DNA of 64,000 nt, taken from the IMG/VR virus record IMGVR_UViG_3300014627_000002, positions 13,618 to 77,617 of that record. One strand, written 5' to 3'. Source of the stretch: a virus. Position numbers and translations under genes: made by a program. This document shows positions 35,432 to 44,213 of the stretch, in pieces. Below the pieces are notes generated by a model that was given only the letters and a program-made list of their open reading frames with translations, searched no databases and was not told where the DNA came from. How positions within the stretch are numbered: the first letter of the stretch is position 1; each line of letters begins with the position of its first letter.

Positions 35432-36553
35432 ATGGCCAAGACTCAAGAACCGGATGCGATTAGCAAACGCCATGACACTGATCTATGGCGTGAAATACGC
35501 AAGCTTTATGAGTCAAAGACTAAACCTACTTATGACAAAATTAAGGCAATTCTGGTTGCTGAGTTCCAGTTAGAAAAATTCCCATCAAAAAGCACAGTTG
35601 AACGCCGTGTGAAAGATGAGGGCTGGAAACGTGCCAGAGTCGGCACAGATCCATTATCAAATCGCTTTGATGAAACCTTCTGGAAGTGTGTTAAAACCAT
35701 TTATGAAAGCAATCCTAAGCTGTCATATAAGCAGCTGCGGGACATGGTTCAAAATGAACTTCAATGCTCCGAGTTCCCATCTGCCCAGGCTATTACCGCC
35801 AAAGCCAAGAGAGAAGACTGGAAGTATCTGAATAATCTGGTAAAAATAGCTGACACAGACTTAAAAAAAATCAAAACCATCGTCAAAAATCAGATAATTC
35901 AGGACCGTGAAGATGACGGCGAAGATGATGAAAATTATGATGAAGATCAAGAGTTTAATATCTTCACTGACCCTAAAGCGATTGAAGCCAGAAAAATAGC
36001 CGAATTTGAAAAAGACAAACTCAAAAACCTCACAATGGCGGCGAATGATAAGCGCCAGAAACTTGCTGATGTAATCCTGATTTCACGGAAACGCATGCGC
36101 ACGATGAACTATGTAGGGGATATGTTTTCTGATCGTCTGCTAGAACTGTATGTCATGCAGAACAGCGATGCATTTAAAGAAGTTTGCCCGCCTGAACTAA
36201 TGGACCAGATTAGCCGGGACCAAAAAAAACTAAGCGGCTTACTGGCTGCATATAACGAGCTGTCATTTAACCGCCGTGAAAGTATCAAGTTTGAGCTGTC
36301 TTTATACGGCGTACAGATGGATGACCTGCGCGATGCTGACAATGAAGGCCGGATAAAGAACCTTGAAGATAACAGCGCGTATGAAGCCCAACGTCAGCGC
36401 CTACGTGATGAAGAAAAGGAAATTGCTGAACGTATAGCACGCATTGAATCTGGTGCCCTTGAGCATGAGATTAATGAACGTATTCAAAAACAGATGGATG
36501 AAATGAATGAAGAAGAAGAAATTATAGAAGCTGAATTTCAAGAAATGGAATAA
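35432..36553 (+). CDS. protein with a tandem duplicated HTH-like N-terminal module and an acidic coiled-coil C-terminus (DNA-binding; possible small-terminase-like or regulator)
   Basis: There is an internal repeat: LWREIRKLYESKTKPTYDKIKAIL..EKFPSKSTVERRVKDEGWKR versus FWKCVKTIYESNPKLSYKQLRDMV..SEFPSAQAITAKAKREDWKY. Confidence 0.6.
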   Translation: MAKTQEPDAISKRHDTDLWREIRKLYESKTKPTYDKIKAILVAEFQLEKFPSKSTVERRVKDEGWKRARVGTDPLSNRFDETFWKCVKTIYESNPKLSYKQLRDMVQNELQCSEFPSAQAITAKAKREDWKYLNNLVKIADTDLKKIKTIVKNQIIQDREDDGEDDENYDEDQEFNIFTDPKAIEARKIAEFEKDKLKNLTMAANDKRQKLADVILISRKRMRTMNYVGDMFSDRLLELYVMQNSDAFKEVCPPELMDQISRDQKKLSGLLAAYNELSFNRRESIKFELSLYGVQMDDLRDADNEGRIKNLEDNSAYEAQRQRLRDEEKEIAERIARIESGALEHEINERIQKQMDEMNEEEEIIEAEFQEME

Positions 36554-36566
36554 GTTTTGTGAGTTT

Positions 36567-36601
36567 GGCCTAGTTACCTGCAGTGACTAGGCTTTTTTTT
36601 A
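36567..36601 (+). terminator. rho-independent terminator
   Basis: GCCTAGT..ACTAGGC stem followed by TTTTTTTT. Confidence 0.75.
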
Positions 36602-36672
36602 TGGAATAACGAAAAAAGCCAGTGGACCGCACCGCTGATAATTGGCTCAAGCATACTGAATGAGCTGATTTT

Positions 36673-38778
36673 ATGGCACTTAACTCCAATGAAAGCGGGT
36701 TCCTGATCGGGCAACGGCGTTTAAAAGAAATGTCTGAGGGTATTAGTCAGACAAAAGACAATACCAAACAGATCCTTGATGTATTACTGGCCAGCCTGAA
36801 TGAGCTAAAGGAAACACTAAAGCAGAACAATGCCAGCACAGAGCGCAATCTATCCAGAAATAAACGGCGTAAGGCCCGTGATGCATCTGGTGAAGATGAA
36901 CCGGGAGTACCGCGTAGACCAGCACGTAATTCCGAGCAGCCAAGTCCTGAGCCAGCCACTCCACGGCGCCGTGCTATTGATTCCACTGAACCTGTTGAAA
37001 TAGATCATCGCCAGCCTGCTAGAGAAGCAGATCAGGATAGTGGTACACGTCCGGGCAATTCTTATAGAGATAATCCTAATAGCGTACAGAATCGGGCAGC
37101 AGCGGCCCGTGAGCGCGATTCAAGAGGTCGCTTTATCGGGGCAAACGGTGAAGAAAAAAGTACCGTTATAAAATCCTTAAAGGACCTGCTTGGTAATGTG
37201 TCGGGTGGCGGGGACTTTAGTGGTATCGATCCAACTCTGGATGCCCTGGGTGAATTAAAAAGTGTGGTATCCCCGATAGGGAATGTATTTTCCCGTATGA
37301 GTGCCAAAGCCATAGGCGTGTTTGCTGGTCGTGCACGTAGACGCCGTAATGATGAGGTATTACCGGCAGAGCAGGTAAGAGCTAATACAGAACAGAGAAG
37401 GGGAGATACGCGCCGTAACAAGCTGCTAGAGCGCTTAATTGATGCGGTACGGCGTAATGGTGGCGGCCGGCTAGGTAATCTGGTCGGTGGCCGTGGCATG
37501 TTGGGTATGCTGCTGGGTGGTGGCAAGGCACTCCTTAAACGATTGCCGTTTATAGGTGCCCTGCTAGGTGGTGGCATGCTTGCTAAGGATTGGGGCAAGT
37601 TAGATAGCGGTGAGAAAGGAAAAGGCTTAGGCAAGCTGGTAGGCACTATTGCTGGGGGTATGCTGGGTTCATTGCTCGGTCCGGCCGGTACTTTTGCTGG
37701 GGGTATGCTGGGGAATTATCTCGGCGGCATTTTTGGTGAAAAAGTCGGGGAGTGGACTGATAGCCTGCAAAATATAGATTTTGCTAAAATTTTTAAAGAT
37801 GCATTAAAAAGTATAGGGGATTTAAAGGAAAAAGCTGCAAATAGTCCTTTCATGATTCCGTTCCGTGCGGCTGGTCAGATGTATGACGGCGCTAAAGGTT
37901 ATTTGTCTGAAAAGTTTGGTGGTAATGCAGGCAGCCAGGATATGACCGCCGTATCAGGTAAACAAAAAGAACGACAACTGGCCATGTATAAGGCTTTGCG
38001 AAATGCTGGTTTTAGTCATGAGCAGTCATTGGCTATTGGCGGCGAGATCGGCCGTGAAAATGACTATAGCGATAAGATGTTTAGTACCCATACTGACCCG
38101 GCTAAAGATAGAAATGGAAAAAGCATTAAGAACGGCGGTGTATTGAGCTGGAATAGAGAGCGTTATGCCAAGTTCTCAAAATTCATGCGGGACCGTGGAT
38201 TAATGGATGCCAATGGCAAGATGCCTGAAACCCAAGCAACGCTAAACGCTCAAGCCGAATTTATTAAGCAGGAAATGGGTTCTAAGGAATATAGCAAGGT
38301 CATGAAAGACTTTCTGAATAATCCGAACCAAGACCCTAAGAAGGCTGCTGAAGACCTGGCAAAGTATATCGGCTGGGCCCGTGGACAGACCACAATTCAG
38401 GGTGAGCATGGACGTGTACCATTTAATTCCGCCGTACATGAGCGCAAGATCAATGGTTATATCGACTTGGGTGCAGAGATCGTTAAAAAGGACCAAGCCA
38501 AAACCGCAAGTATTGTTGCGCCTACTGGTCAAGCGGTCCCAGCTAAGCAGCTGCCTGCTGCTAAACAGCCAGCCCAATCACCACAAATTTTTAAACCTGG
38601 CGCCAATCGGCCCGCACCTGTCAAGGTTCCCGCAGTAACACCCGAGCTTACTAAAATCGGCAACCAGTTTAAGTCAGTGTCTACGGTTCCTGCTGCAAGT
38701 GACGTAAATATCAGTCAAAACGTATCAGACCGCGGAATGGCACATATTTTAAGCGGTGGTTTAGGTTTTGGGGAGTAA
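36673..38778 (+). CDS. large virion-associated protein candidate: basic disordered N-terminus, glycine-zipper membrane region, C-terminal lysozyme-like segment (tape-measure/injection-type)
   Basis: 701 aa. The N-terminus is R/P/S-rich. The middle has GGMLGSLLGPAGTFAGGMLGNYLGGIFG glycine zippers. The C-terminal part (LAMYKALRNAGFSHEQSLAIGGEIGRE..VLSWNRERY..AQAEFIKQEM) resembles phage tail lysozyme-type domains. Confidence 0.55.
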   Translation: MALNSNESGFLIGQRRLKEMSEGISQTKDNTKQILDVLLASLNELKETLKQNNASTERNLSRNKRRKARDASGEDEPGVPRRPARNSEQPSPEPATPRRRAIDSTEPVEIDHRQPAREADQDSGTRPGNSYRDNPNSVQNRAAAARERDSRGRFIGANGEEKSTVIKSLKDLLGNVSGGGDFSGIDPTLDALGELKSVVSPIGNVFSRMSAKAIGVFAGRARRRRNDEVLPAEQVRANTEQRRGDTRRNKLLERLIDAVRRNGGGRLGNLVGGRGMLGMLLGGGKALLKRLPFIGALLGGGMLAKDWGKLDSGEKGKGLGKLVGTIAGGMLGSLLGPAGTFAGGMLGNYLGGIFGEKVGEWTDSLQNIDFAKIFKDALKSIGDLKEKAANSPFMIPFRAAGQMYDGAKGYLSEKFGGNAGSQDMTAVSGKQKERQLAMYKALRNAGFSHEQSLAIGGEIGRENDYSDKMFSTHTDPAKDRNGKSIKNGGVLSWNRERYAKFSKFMRDRGLMDANGKMPETQATLNAQAEFIKQEMGSKEYSKVMKDFLNNPNQDPKKAAEDLAKYIGWARGQTTIQGEHGRVPFNSAVHERKINGYIDLGAEIVKKDQAKTASIVAPTGQAVPAKQLPAAKQPAQSPQIFKPGANRPAPVKVPAVTPELTKIGNQFKSVSTVPAASDVNISQNVSDRGMAHILSGGLGFGE

Positions 38779-38811
38779 AAGTATAAAACTTAGCATACAA
38801 TATACACAAAC

Positions 38812-38836
38812 GCATATTTAACCATTATAAATATGC
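38812..38836 (+). promoter_or_regulatory. GCATA-type palindrome (operator/promoter candidate)
   Basis: GCATATTTA-ACCATTA-TAAATATGC has 9-bp arms. TATAAA lies inside. Confidence 0.5.
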
Positions 38837-38852
38837 TAAAAGGTATATTAGT

Positions 38853-39092
38853 ATGAGTGATGAAATTGTTTTTAGTGGCTATGCGCGGTGTAAGCACTGC
38901 CTTAACTACAAGATGACTTACCTAGTCAAAGGCGGTTGCGAGCAATGTAACCGCCGTGAACTGGAATATGGTGTAGTGCATAAAGGAGATTTTATTCATT
39001 ACAGTGAATTGCTTCACAGGATAGAGAATGGCGAAGCGTTTATTGACGGCTCTAATTACAGCCTTCCCATAACTAAAAGAAGTTTTGATTAA
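38853..39092 (+). CDS. small zinc-ribbon protein
   Basis: 79 aa with CKHC...CEQC. Confidence 0.55.
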   Translation: MSDEIVFSGYARCKHCLNYKMTYLVKGGCEQCNRRELEYGVVHKGDFIHYSELLHRIENGEAFIDGSNYSLPITKRSFD

Positions 39093-39140
39093 GGTCCATG
39101 ACGGACCTTGAGTAAGTAAAAAAACAAGCAGAGATCATTC

Positions 39141-39482
39141 ATGAAAAAAGCAGCAGTTGAAGTTAGTTTGAAAGATACCCCTGAAAATACAGCTTTATCA
39201 GTATTTGAGGGCATTATCGCACCACTCATAAAGTCAAAAGTTGCAGCAAGCGGACAAGAGCAAGGTACTGAATTATTCCATGATTTGTTTTATGTCCTTG
39301 CCCGTTTCTATTTAGACACGAATGGTGCTGAAAGTGCACAGGATCTACACCAGGTCATTGCAAATGCTACTGACGATTTACCAGCCGATGATGGTGCTCA
39401 GCCAAGCGAAGAACCGCAGATGACAGATGAAGTTCAATCTGATGAAGATTTTCATGAGCCCGAGCAAAACAAAGCAAATTAA
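39141..39482 (+). CDS. acidic hypothetical protein
   Basis: 113 aa with a strongly acidic C-terminal third. Confidence 0.55.
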   Translation: MKKAAVEVSLKDTPENTALSVFEGIIAPLIKSKVAASGQEQGTELFHDLFYVLARFYLDTNGAESAQDLHQVIANATDDLPADDGAQPSEEPQMTDEVQSDEDFHEPEQNKAN

Positions 39483-39533
39483 TGATTCATCCCAAAGATC
39501 AATTTACGCAAGATTGGGTAGAGGAAATAACCG

Positions 39534-40019
39534 GTGAAAGATACCAATACATTGACCTGCAGCGTGGAACGCATGCTGATCGAGCTTCACAGTCCAGTGA
39601 AGATAGCGGCTTTGCTCAAGCAAATGCCGCCAAACGCAAACTATATCGCCGTAAATCGGTACAAATGCGGCTCAATTTTTTATCAAGTCATTGCTAACAG
39701 CATCTTGGTTGATCATCTGAATGGCGCCGGCTGGGGTGTGACTAATCAGAAAACAATTGATGAGCTCGATAGTGTGCTTCAGAAGATTGGTTTTTTCCTG
39801 GTCCATATTCCTTTACTCGAAAAAGAACTTTCACTGGTCAATATAGAAAGTAATTTGAAAATCGATAAGTTTTATCTTCTTGAGCAGCAAGTTGCTACCC
39901 GTATCGAAACTGTGAGCTTACGCCGTGATGATGAACGTGAGTGTCAAGAATACTGGCGCGGACAGGTTGATGCATTTGAAATCACAAAACACATGATTAA
40001 AAGCGCAATGGCCAGTTAA
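39534..40019 (+). CDS. hypothetical protein
   Basis: GTG start 7 nt after SD GAGGAA. 161 aa. Confidence 0.55.
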   Translation: MKDTNTLTCSVERMLIELHSPVKIAALLKQMPPNANYIAVNRYKCGSIFYQVIANSILVDHLNGAGWGVTNQKTIDELDSVLQKIGFFLVHIPLLEKELSLVNIESNLKIDKFYLLEQQVATRIETVSLRRDDERECQEYWRGQVDAFEITKHMIKSAMAS

Positions 40020-40039
40020 GGCCGTACAGGGGTTATAAG

Positions 40040-41077
40040 ATGGGATATTCAGTATATGATCAGAAAATTAACGGCGTAGAGCGTGATGCCGGTTATGGTG
40101 TACCAGCATATTGTGATCATCCGGGATGCTTTGAGGTCATCGACCGTGGTATGGGTTATGCTTGTTGCGGTGATCCATTGCATACGGCGAGTTGTGGGGG
40201 CTTCTACTGTAAAGAACATAGATACCAATTAGTCTATCAAGATGATCTTCAAGAAATGAGTGATGAAGATCTTAAACGCTTAGGTATCGATTCACGTGAA
40301 GAACGAGCACATGATGAAGATGACGGCATTATCCGCTGTATTCACCAGCCAATTGAACTTAAAACAACTAAAGAGTGGGCTGACCATATCGAACAGGATG
40401 AATCATGGCAGACATGGCGCAACAAGTTCCCTGAAGATTTTAAAAAGCTGCAAGCTGATGCTGCTTTCTGGCATGCAAAGGCACAAGAACAGCATGATAA
40501 TGACGCCGTAGACCTTTTTGCCACAAAAATGAAGGAGAAGTTAGCCCAAGCACGGGCTAAGGGTCGCAGCGGATGGCAAACATGCGAGAAGGACCTTTTC
40601 TCAACCATGTTTGTAGAGCATCTATTTAAAAATAATGAAAACAACTTGTTTGACCTGGCTAATCTTTTGATGTTCTACGAACACCTGAACGGCGATACAC
40701 AAGGGCTACTTGAAGAAATCTGTAAGTGTATTCAAGCCATAGCAGCAGAAAAGCCAGCAAAGGCACTTATCTTTAATGTTGACCACGGAAATATGTCAAT
40801 TGGGTTCCGTACTTCTTTTAATGAGCATATAGAGAAAATAGCCCAAATCCTTAAAGAAAAAATTGGTGTAGATGCCGTTCTGGTGAATAACAATGCCGGC
40901 ATATTTCAAATAAATGAAACGGCAGTTTTGTCCAAACATAATAATGTTTTTCAAAAGAAGGGAGAGCCTTGTAAACACTATTCCACAGAAATGTTTCTTA
41001 ACGGCCAAGCCAGATGTTTTAACTGTGACTGCATAGTGAATGAGAAGCGCGAGATCATCCGGGGTGAGCATGGATAG
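40040..41077 (+). CDS. hypothetical protein with an N-terminal Cys/His cluster
   Basis: 345 aa with CDHPGC..CCGDPLHTASCGGFYCKEH. Confidence 0.6.
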   Translation: MGYSVYDQKINGVERDAGYGVPAYCDHPGCFEVIDRGMGYACCGDPLHTASCGGFYCKEHRYQLVYQDDLQEMSDEDLKRLGIDSREERAHDEDDGIIRCIHQPIELKTTKEWADHIEQDESWQTWRNKFPEDFKKLQADAAFWHAKAQEQHDNDAVDLFATKMKEKLAQARAKGRSGWQTCEKDLFSTMFVEHLFKNNENNLFDLANLLMFYEHLNGDTQGLLEEICKCIQAIAAEKPAKALIFNVDHGNMSIGFRTSFNEHIEKIAQILKEKIGVDAVLVNNNAGIFQINETAVLSKHNNVFQKKGEPCKHYSTEMFLNGQARCFNCDCIVNEKREIIRGEHG

Positions 41078-41183
41078 TATTTATGATGCATGTATTTTGG
41101 CTATTGTCTTGGTGCTTATTATAGCGTTTGGCATGGGCTTTCTTGCTTGCTGGATTATGTTTGCTTACGGGCTTATGTGAGGG
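41070..41183 (+). CDS. unlisted 37-aa hydrophobic peptide
   Basis: MDSIYDACILAIVLVLIIAFGMGFLACWIMFAYGLM. SD is GGGGTGAG. It overlaps the upstream stop and ends just before the next start. Confidence 0.4.
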
Positions 41184-41188
41184 TGAGC

Positions 41189-41725
41189 ATGAATAAAGAT
41201 GCATTCATAGCTAAAGTTCTAGCAGTTACTCCAGACCACTTAATTCTTAATGTTATGAAAGGGTATGCAGAGCAAATTGTAGATGATAGCAATTATTGGA
41301 ATTTGCTAGGCACAGCTTGGAAAGTAAGTGGTTCGTTTGAACATCAAGACCAGTGGATTGAACTGTTTCAAAGTAAACGGCGTAACCGTCAAAAAATCAT
41401 GAAAACCAGCGAACGTAGAGAGTTCTCAAGACTTCCTAATATTGTAACGGCCTATCGTGCCTACACACATGCAGATGAGTTAAAGCATTCAATCTGCTGG
41501 TCACTGGATCTGGCATTCGTAAAGCAATATGCCGAAAAAACAGGGCGTAAAGTTGCGGTAATGCAATTCAATAAGGCGAATATTTTTGCATATTTTAATC
41601 GCCGTAAAGAGTCTGAAATTCTGGTATGGCGTGGTATCGATGACTCATTTCCAGGTACACGTCAGAAAGCAGAAGAACATATAAACAATGGTGCCAGATT
41701 GACTAAGCATCAAATAACCTTGTGA
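41189..41725 (+). CDS. hypothetical protein
   Basis: ATG 41189 sits behind GAGGGTGAG. The listed ORF begins further upstream in hydrophobic-looking sequence that belongs to the other frame. Confidence 0.6.
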   Translation: MNKDAFIAKVLAVTPDHLILNVMKGYAEQIVDDSNYWNLLGTAWKVSGSFEHQDQWIELFQSKRRNRQKIMKTSERREFSRLPNIVTAYRAYTHADELKHSICWSLDLAFVKQYAEKTGRKVAVMQFNKANIFAYFNRRKESEILVWRGIDDSFPGTRQKAEEHINNGARLTKHQITL

Positions 41726-41743
41726 AAAATAGGAAAAGTAGTA

Positions 41744-42271
41744 ATGGCATATTTTCAAATAGTAGACGCGGATCTTATGCAGCAAGTAGAAGCCCAGCTC
41801 GCAGAACGTGATGCACTTCAGGAGCGAATTGAGAAATTCGCCAAGTTGATTGGTGTAAAAAGTTACAACATGGAAAATTCGCTATTTTCAGGTTTGTACC
41901 TTGTCGCTGTTGGTGTAAAGCGTTGTGATGAAAAGGACATAGATTTAACAAAGTGGCGCAAATTGAAAACCAAAAATCCAGATTACTTCAAACTGGTACC
42001 GCGTAAATCGAATAAAGAGTTTGCCAAACTTTATGAAGACAATTTTCCTGAAGAACAATTTTCATATTGGCCAATGCTCAAAATGATCTTAAAGAATAAT
42101 GATTACTGTCCATTTACCAAAGGTGGCATAGGGTTATTTCATGCACCTGGTAAATACGTGATTCTCGATACAACGGCGCCGTATGGGTTTGCACCTGGTA
42201 TAAAAGAAATTACTGAGAGTGAGTATTTTTCTATTCGTGCTGAAGTGAGTAAGGAACCGGAAAATGGCTGA
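41744..42271 (+). CDS. hypothetical protein
   Basis: 175-aa ORF. Confidence 0.6.
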   Translation: MAYFQIVDADLMQQVEAQLAERDALQERIEKFAKLIGVKSYNMENSLFSGLYLVAVGVKRCDEKDIDLTKWRKLKTKNPDYFKLVPRKSNKEFAKLYEDNFPEEQFSYWPMLKMILKNNDYCPFTKGGIGLFHAPGKYVILDTTAPYGFAPGIKEITESEYFSIRAEVSKEPENG

Positions 42272-42419
42272 ATATATGGCCTTATGGTTCATAGTTGTAG
42301 GTACTCTGGCCGCTTTCAGTATCCAAACAGATAAGTCAGGTTATTTCAACTCTTTACTGGTGACATTAACCGCCATATGTTTTGGCTTTGCTACTTATAT
42401 TGGGAGCATCCAGGGATGA
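42264..42419 (+). CDS. unlisted 51-aa two-helix membrane peptide
   Basis: MAEYMALWFIVVGTLAAFSIQTDKSGYFNSLLVTLTAICFGFATYIGSIQG. SD is AAGGAA. It overlaps the upstream stop. Confidence 0.4.
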   Translation: MAEYMALWFIVVGTLAAFSIQTDKSGYFNSLLVTLTAICFGFATYIGSIQG

Positions 42420-42619
42420 GTATGTCTGAGTGGACAGTAATTAAAGTAGTCTGTGTGAAGTGTGGCCACTATTTAACGGGATGCTATTGTGATCATTTTG
42501 GTAAGGATTGTATGCACTTAAATGTTGGTGAGTATGGGAGTAATGGACTGGCTGAGTGCTTTAATTGCAAGAAATGGATAAATAAAGATAGAGAGGCTGT
42601 GAAAGATTTCGATGATTGA
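42416..42619 (+). CDS. small zinc-ribbon protein
   Basis: MSMSEW..CVKCGH..CFNC. ATG 42416 forms an ATGA overlap with the preceding small ORF. The listed start is 42377. Confidence 0.5.
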   Translation: MSMSEWTVIKVVCVKCGHYLTGCYCDHFGKDCMHLNVGEYGSNGLAECFNCKKWINKDREAVKDFDD

Positions 42620-42866
42620 ACTCCTTATTCAATTAGCTTTGATTCTGTTTCTAGTAATTGCTTATATTCTAGTTGGGCTATATTTCAATTACCTTAGAAA
42701 AGATAAAGTTTTAAGCGCATTTACATGGATTATCTTCATGGGGGTAATTGGAGGTTATACCCAAACTTTTTCAATTACGGCGCTCACTGATTGGAATGAT
42801 TTGTGGTGCATCTTTGCATTTAGTTATTTATTTATTTATGAAGCACCTGATTGGGTAAAGTCGTGA
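42612..42866 (+). CDS. small membrane protein
   Basis: 84 aa with three hydrophobic helices. Confidence 0.55.
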   Translation: MIELLIQLALILFLVIAYILVGLYFNYLRKDKVLSAFTWIIFMGVIGGYTQTFSITALTDWNDLWCIFAFSYLFIYEAPDWVKS

Positions 42867-43105
42867 TGCCAAGTAAAGTAAGAACCTTAAATCAAGAAGA
42901 TTGGAAACGTACACAGCTAAGAATGCCACAAGAGCAATATCAGACAGTGGCTGGTTACGCTGAGAAAAACAATCTTTCCCTTAATTCAGCAATCTTAGAG
43001 CTGCTGGAAAAAGCTGTAGATTTAGACAGTGATGTGAGTGTAAGCGACTCATCTATTACAAAAATAGCCGATAAGGTTATCGAGCGTATAAGGGGCCATA
43101 ACTAA
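42866..43105 (+). CDS. Arc/MetJ-type ribbon-helix-helix DNA-binding protein
   Basis: RTQLRMPQEQYQTVAGYAEKNNLSLNSAILELLEKAV is an Arc-like pattern. ATG 42866 overlaps the upstream stop (TGATG). Confidence 0.65.
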   Translation: MPSKVRTLNQEDWKRTQLRMPQEQYQTVAGYAEKNNLSLNSAILELLEKAVDLDSDVSVSDSSITKIADKVIERIRGHN

Positions 43106-43128
43106 AATCTGTAAAGAAAGATTGAAAT

Positions 43129-43157
43129 AGGGCCAGTAGAAATACTGGCCCTTTAAT
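43129..43157 (+). terminator. rho-independent terminator
   Basis: AGGGCCAGTA-GAAA-TACTGGCCCT followed by TT. Confidence 0.65.
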
Positions 43158-43159
43158 TT

Positions 43160-43200
43160 TAGGAATAGAAAAAAAACTGATTTTTCAGCTTCACCAAAAT
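43160..43200 (+). promoter_or_regulatory. late-type promoter candidate (AGGAATA family)
   Basis: TAGGAATAGAAAAAAAACTGA, then CAAAAT at positions 36-41. Confidence 0.55.
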
Positions 43201-43244
43201 AAGCCTTTTAGAAGTCAAAGACGCAAAACTAAAAGGGCTATTTT

Positions 43245-43955
43245 ATGACTGGTATATTGATTGTGATTGGATTCTTCTTTGCTTTATTTATTGGGAGCCG
43301 GTTAGGTAAACGTAGCGTTGCGCACGATTGCCAAGATTACGGCGGTTTTACTTATGGCGATTATTTTTATGAGTGTATAGTCCGTCCGATTGACGAGCCA
43401 GAATACGGCCTACCAGACGCTATAGCTGAACACTCAAAAGCAGATATAAACCCATTTGCAGAAAACACACTGGATAAAGTGAAATTCTTAAAACAGAGTA
43501 CTAAAGATAGTCTGGCCAAAGGTGAATCATCCGGTTTGGCCATATTTCCTGATGGTATGTTTACTGATCAAAAAGAAGAACATGATTGTTTACACTGTCA
43601 GAGTGATGCTAATGAGCTATCACGCCGTATGATTCTATGTAAGGACTGTGGCAATAAACGCTGTCCAAAGGCTCAGAATCATCGTTTTAATTGCACTGGT
43701 AGCAATGTTACGGGCCAGATCGGTAATGTGGATTCTACGGCGGACCAGAAGCGCTTAGACGGCTCTAGTATTGTTCATCAAACTGTACTTCACGATATTG
43801 GTGCAAGTTCATACCAGGCGAATACATTTAAATCCGATTCAACTTATAAAGATGAACCACGTTGTTCAGGTCCATCTGTTGATTCAGGTTCAAACAGTTC
43901 TAGTGATTCATATAGTTCGTGTGACTCAAGCAGTTCCAGCAGTTATAGCGATTAA
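43245..43955 (+). CDS. membrane-anchored Cys-rich protein with a poly-Ser C-terminus
   Basis: N-terminal TM is GILIVIGFFFALFIG. Several CxxC pairs are present. The C-terminus is SGSNSSSDSYSSCDSSSSSSYSD. Confidence 0.55.
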   Translation: MTGILIVIGFFFALFIGSRLGKRSVAHDCQDYGGFTYGDYFYECIVRPIDEPEYGLPDAIAEHSKADINPFAENTLDKVKFLKQSTKDSLAKGESSGLAIFPDGMFTDQKEEHDCLHCQSDANELSRRMILCKDCGNKRCPKAQNHRFNCTGSNVTGQIGNVDSTADQKRLDGSSIVHQTVLHDIGASSYQANTFKSDSTYKDEPRCSGPSVDSGSNSSSDSYSSCDSSSSSSYSD

Positions 43956-43981
43956 TCTTACTATTTAATGAATGGACCCTT

Positions 43982-44164
43982 ATGGCTAATACATCAATCA
44001 TGCGGCCTACTGATGCAAGTCACTTCTTTACAGCATTAAGTGGCCAGACTCGCTACTTCAAAATAGAAGACGGTAAGCTGATGTGCTGGTATGAAGAACT
44101 TCAAGAATGGAAATATCCAATAGCAGCAAACTACCTGATGAAAAACATACAGTTAATCAAGTAG
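43982..44164 (+). CDS. hypothetical protein
   Basis: 60-aa ORF followed by a terminator. Confidence 0.45.
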   Translation: MANTSIMRPTDASHFFTALSGQTRYFKIEDGKLMCWYEELQEWKYPIAANYLMKNIQLIK

Positions 44165-44187
44165 TCAGTTAAAATCCAGATCAATAT

Positions 44188-44211
44188 GACCCGCCGTGTG
44201 CGGGTTTTATT
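44188..44211 (+). terminator. rho-independent terminator
   Basis: ACCCGC-CGTGT-GCGGGT followed by TTTATTT. Confidence 0.7.
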
Positions 44212-44213
44212 TC

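Noticed and set aside
36743-37646. Long minus-strand ORFs (36743..36964, 36747..36986, 37062..37646) rich in Pro, Ser and Arg.
   Set aside because: They mirror the locally G+C-rich, low-complexity part of the 701-aa gene. Absence of stops there is a composition artefact.
39482-39697. A 71-aa ORF overlapping the start of 39534..40019 in another frame.
   Set aside because: Only one of the two frames can plausibly be used over 160 nt. The 161-aa frame has a well-spaced SD (GAGGAA) and a longer open frame. The short ORF may at most be a leader peptide.
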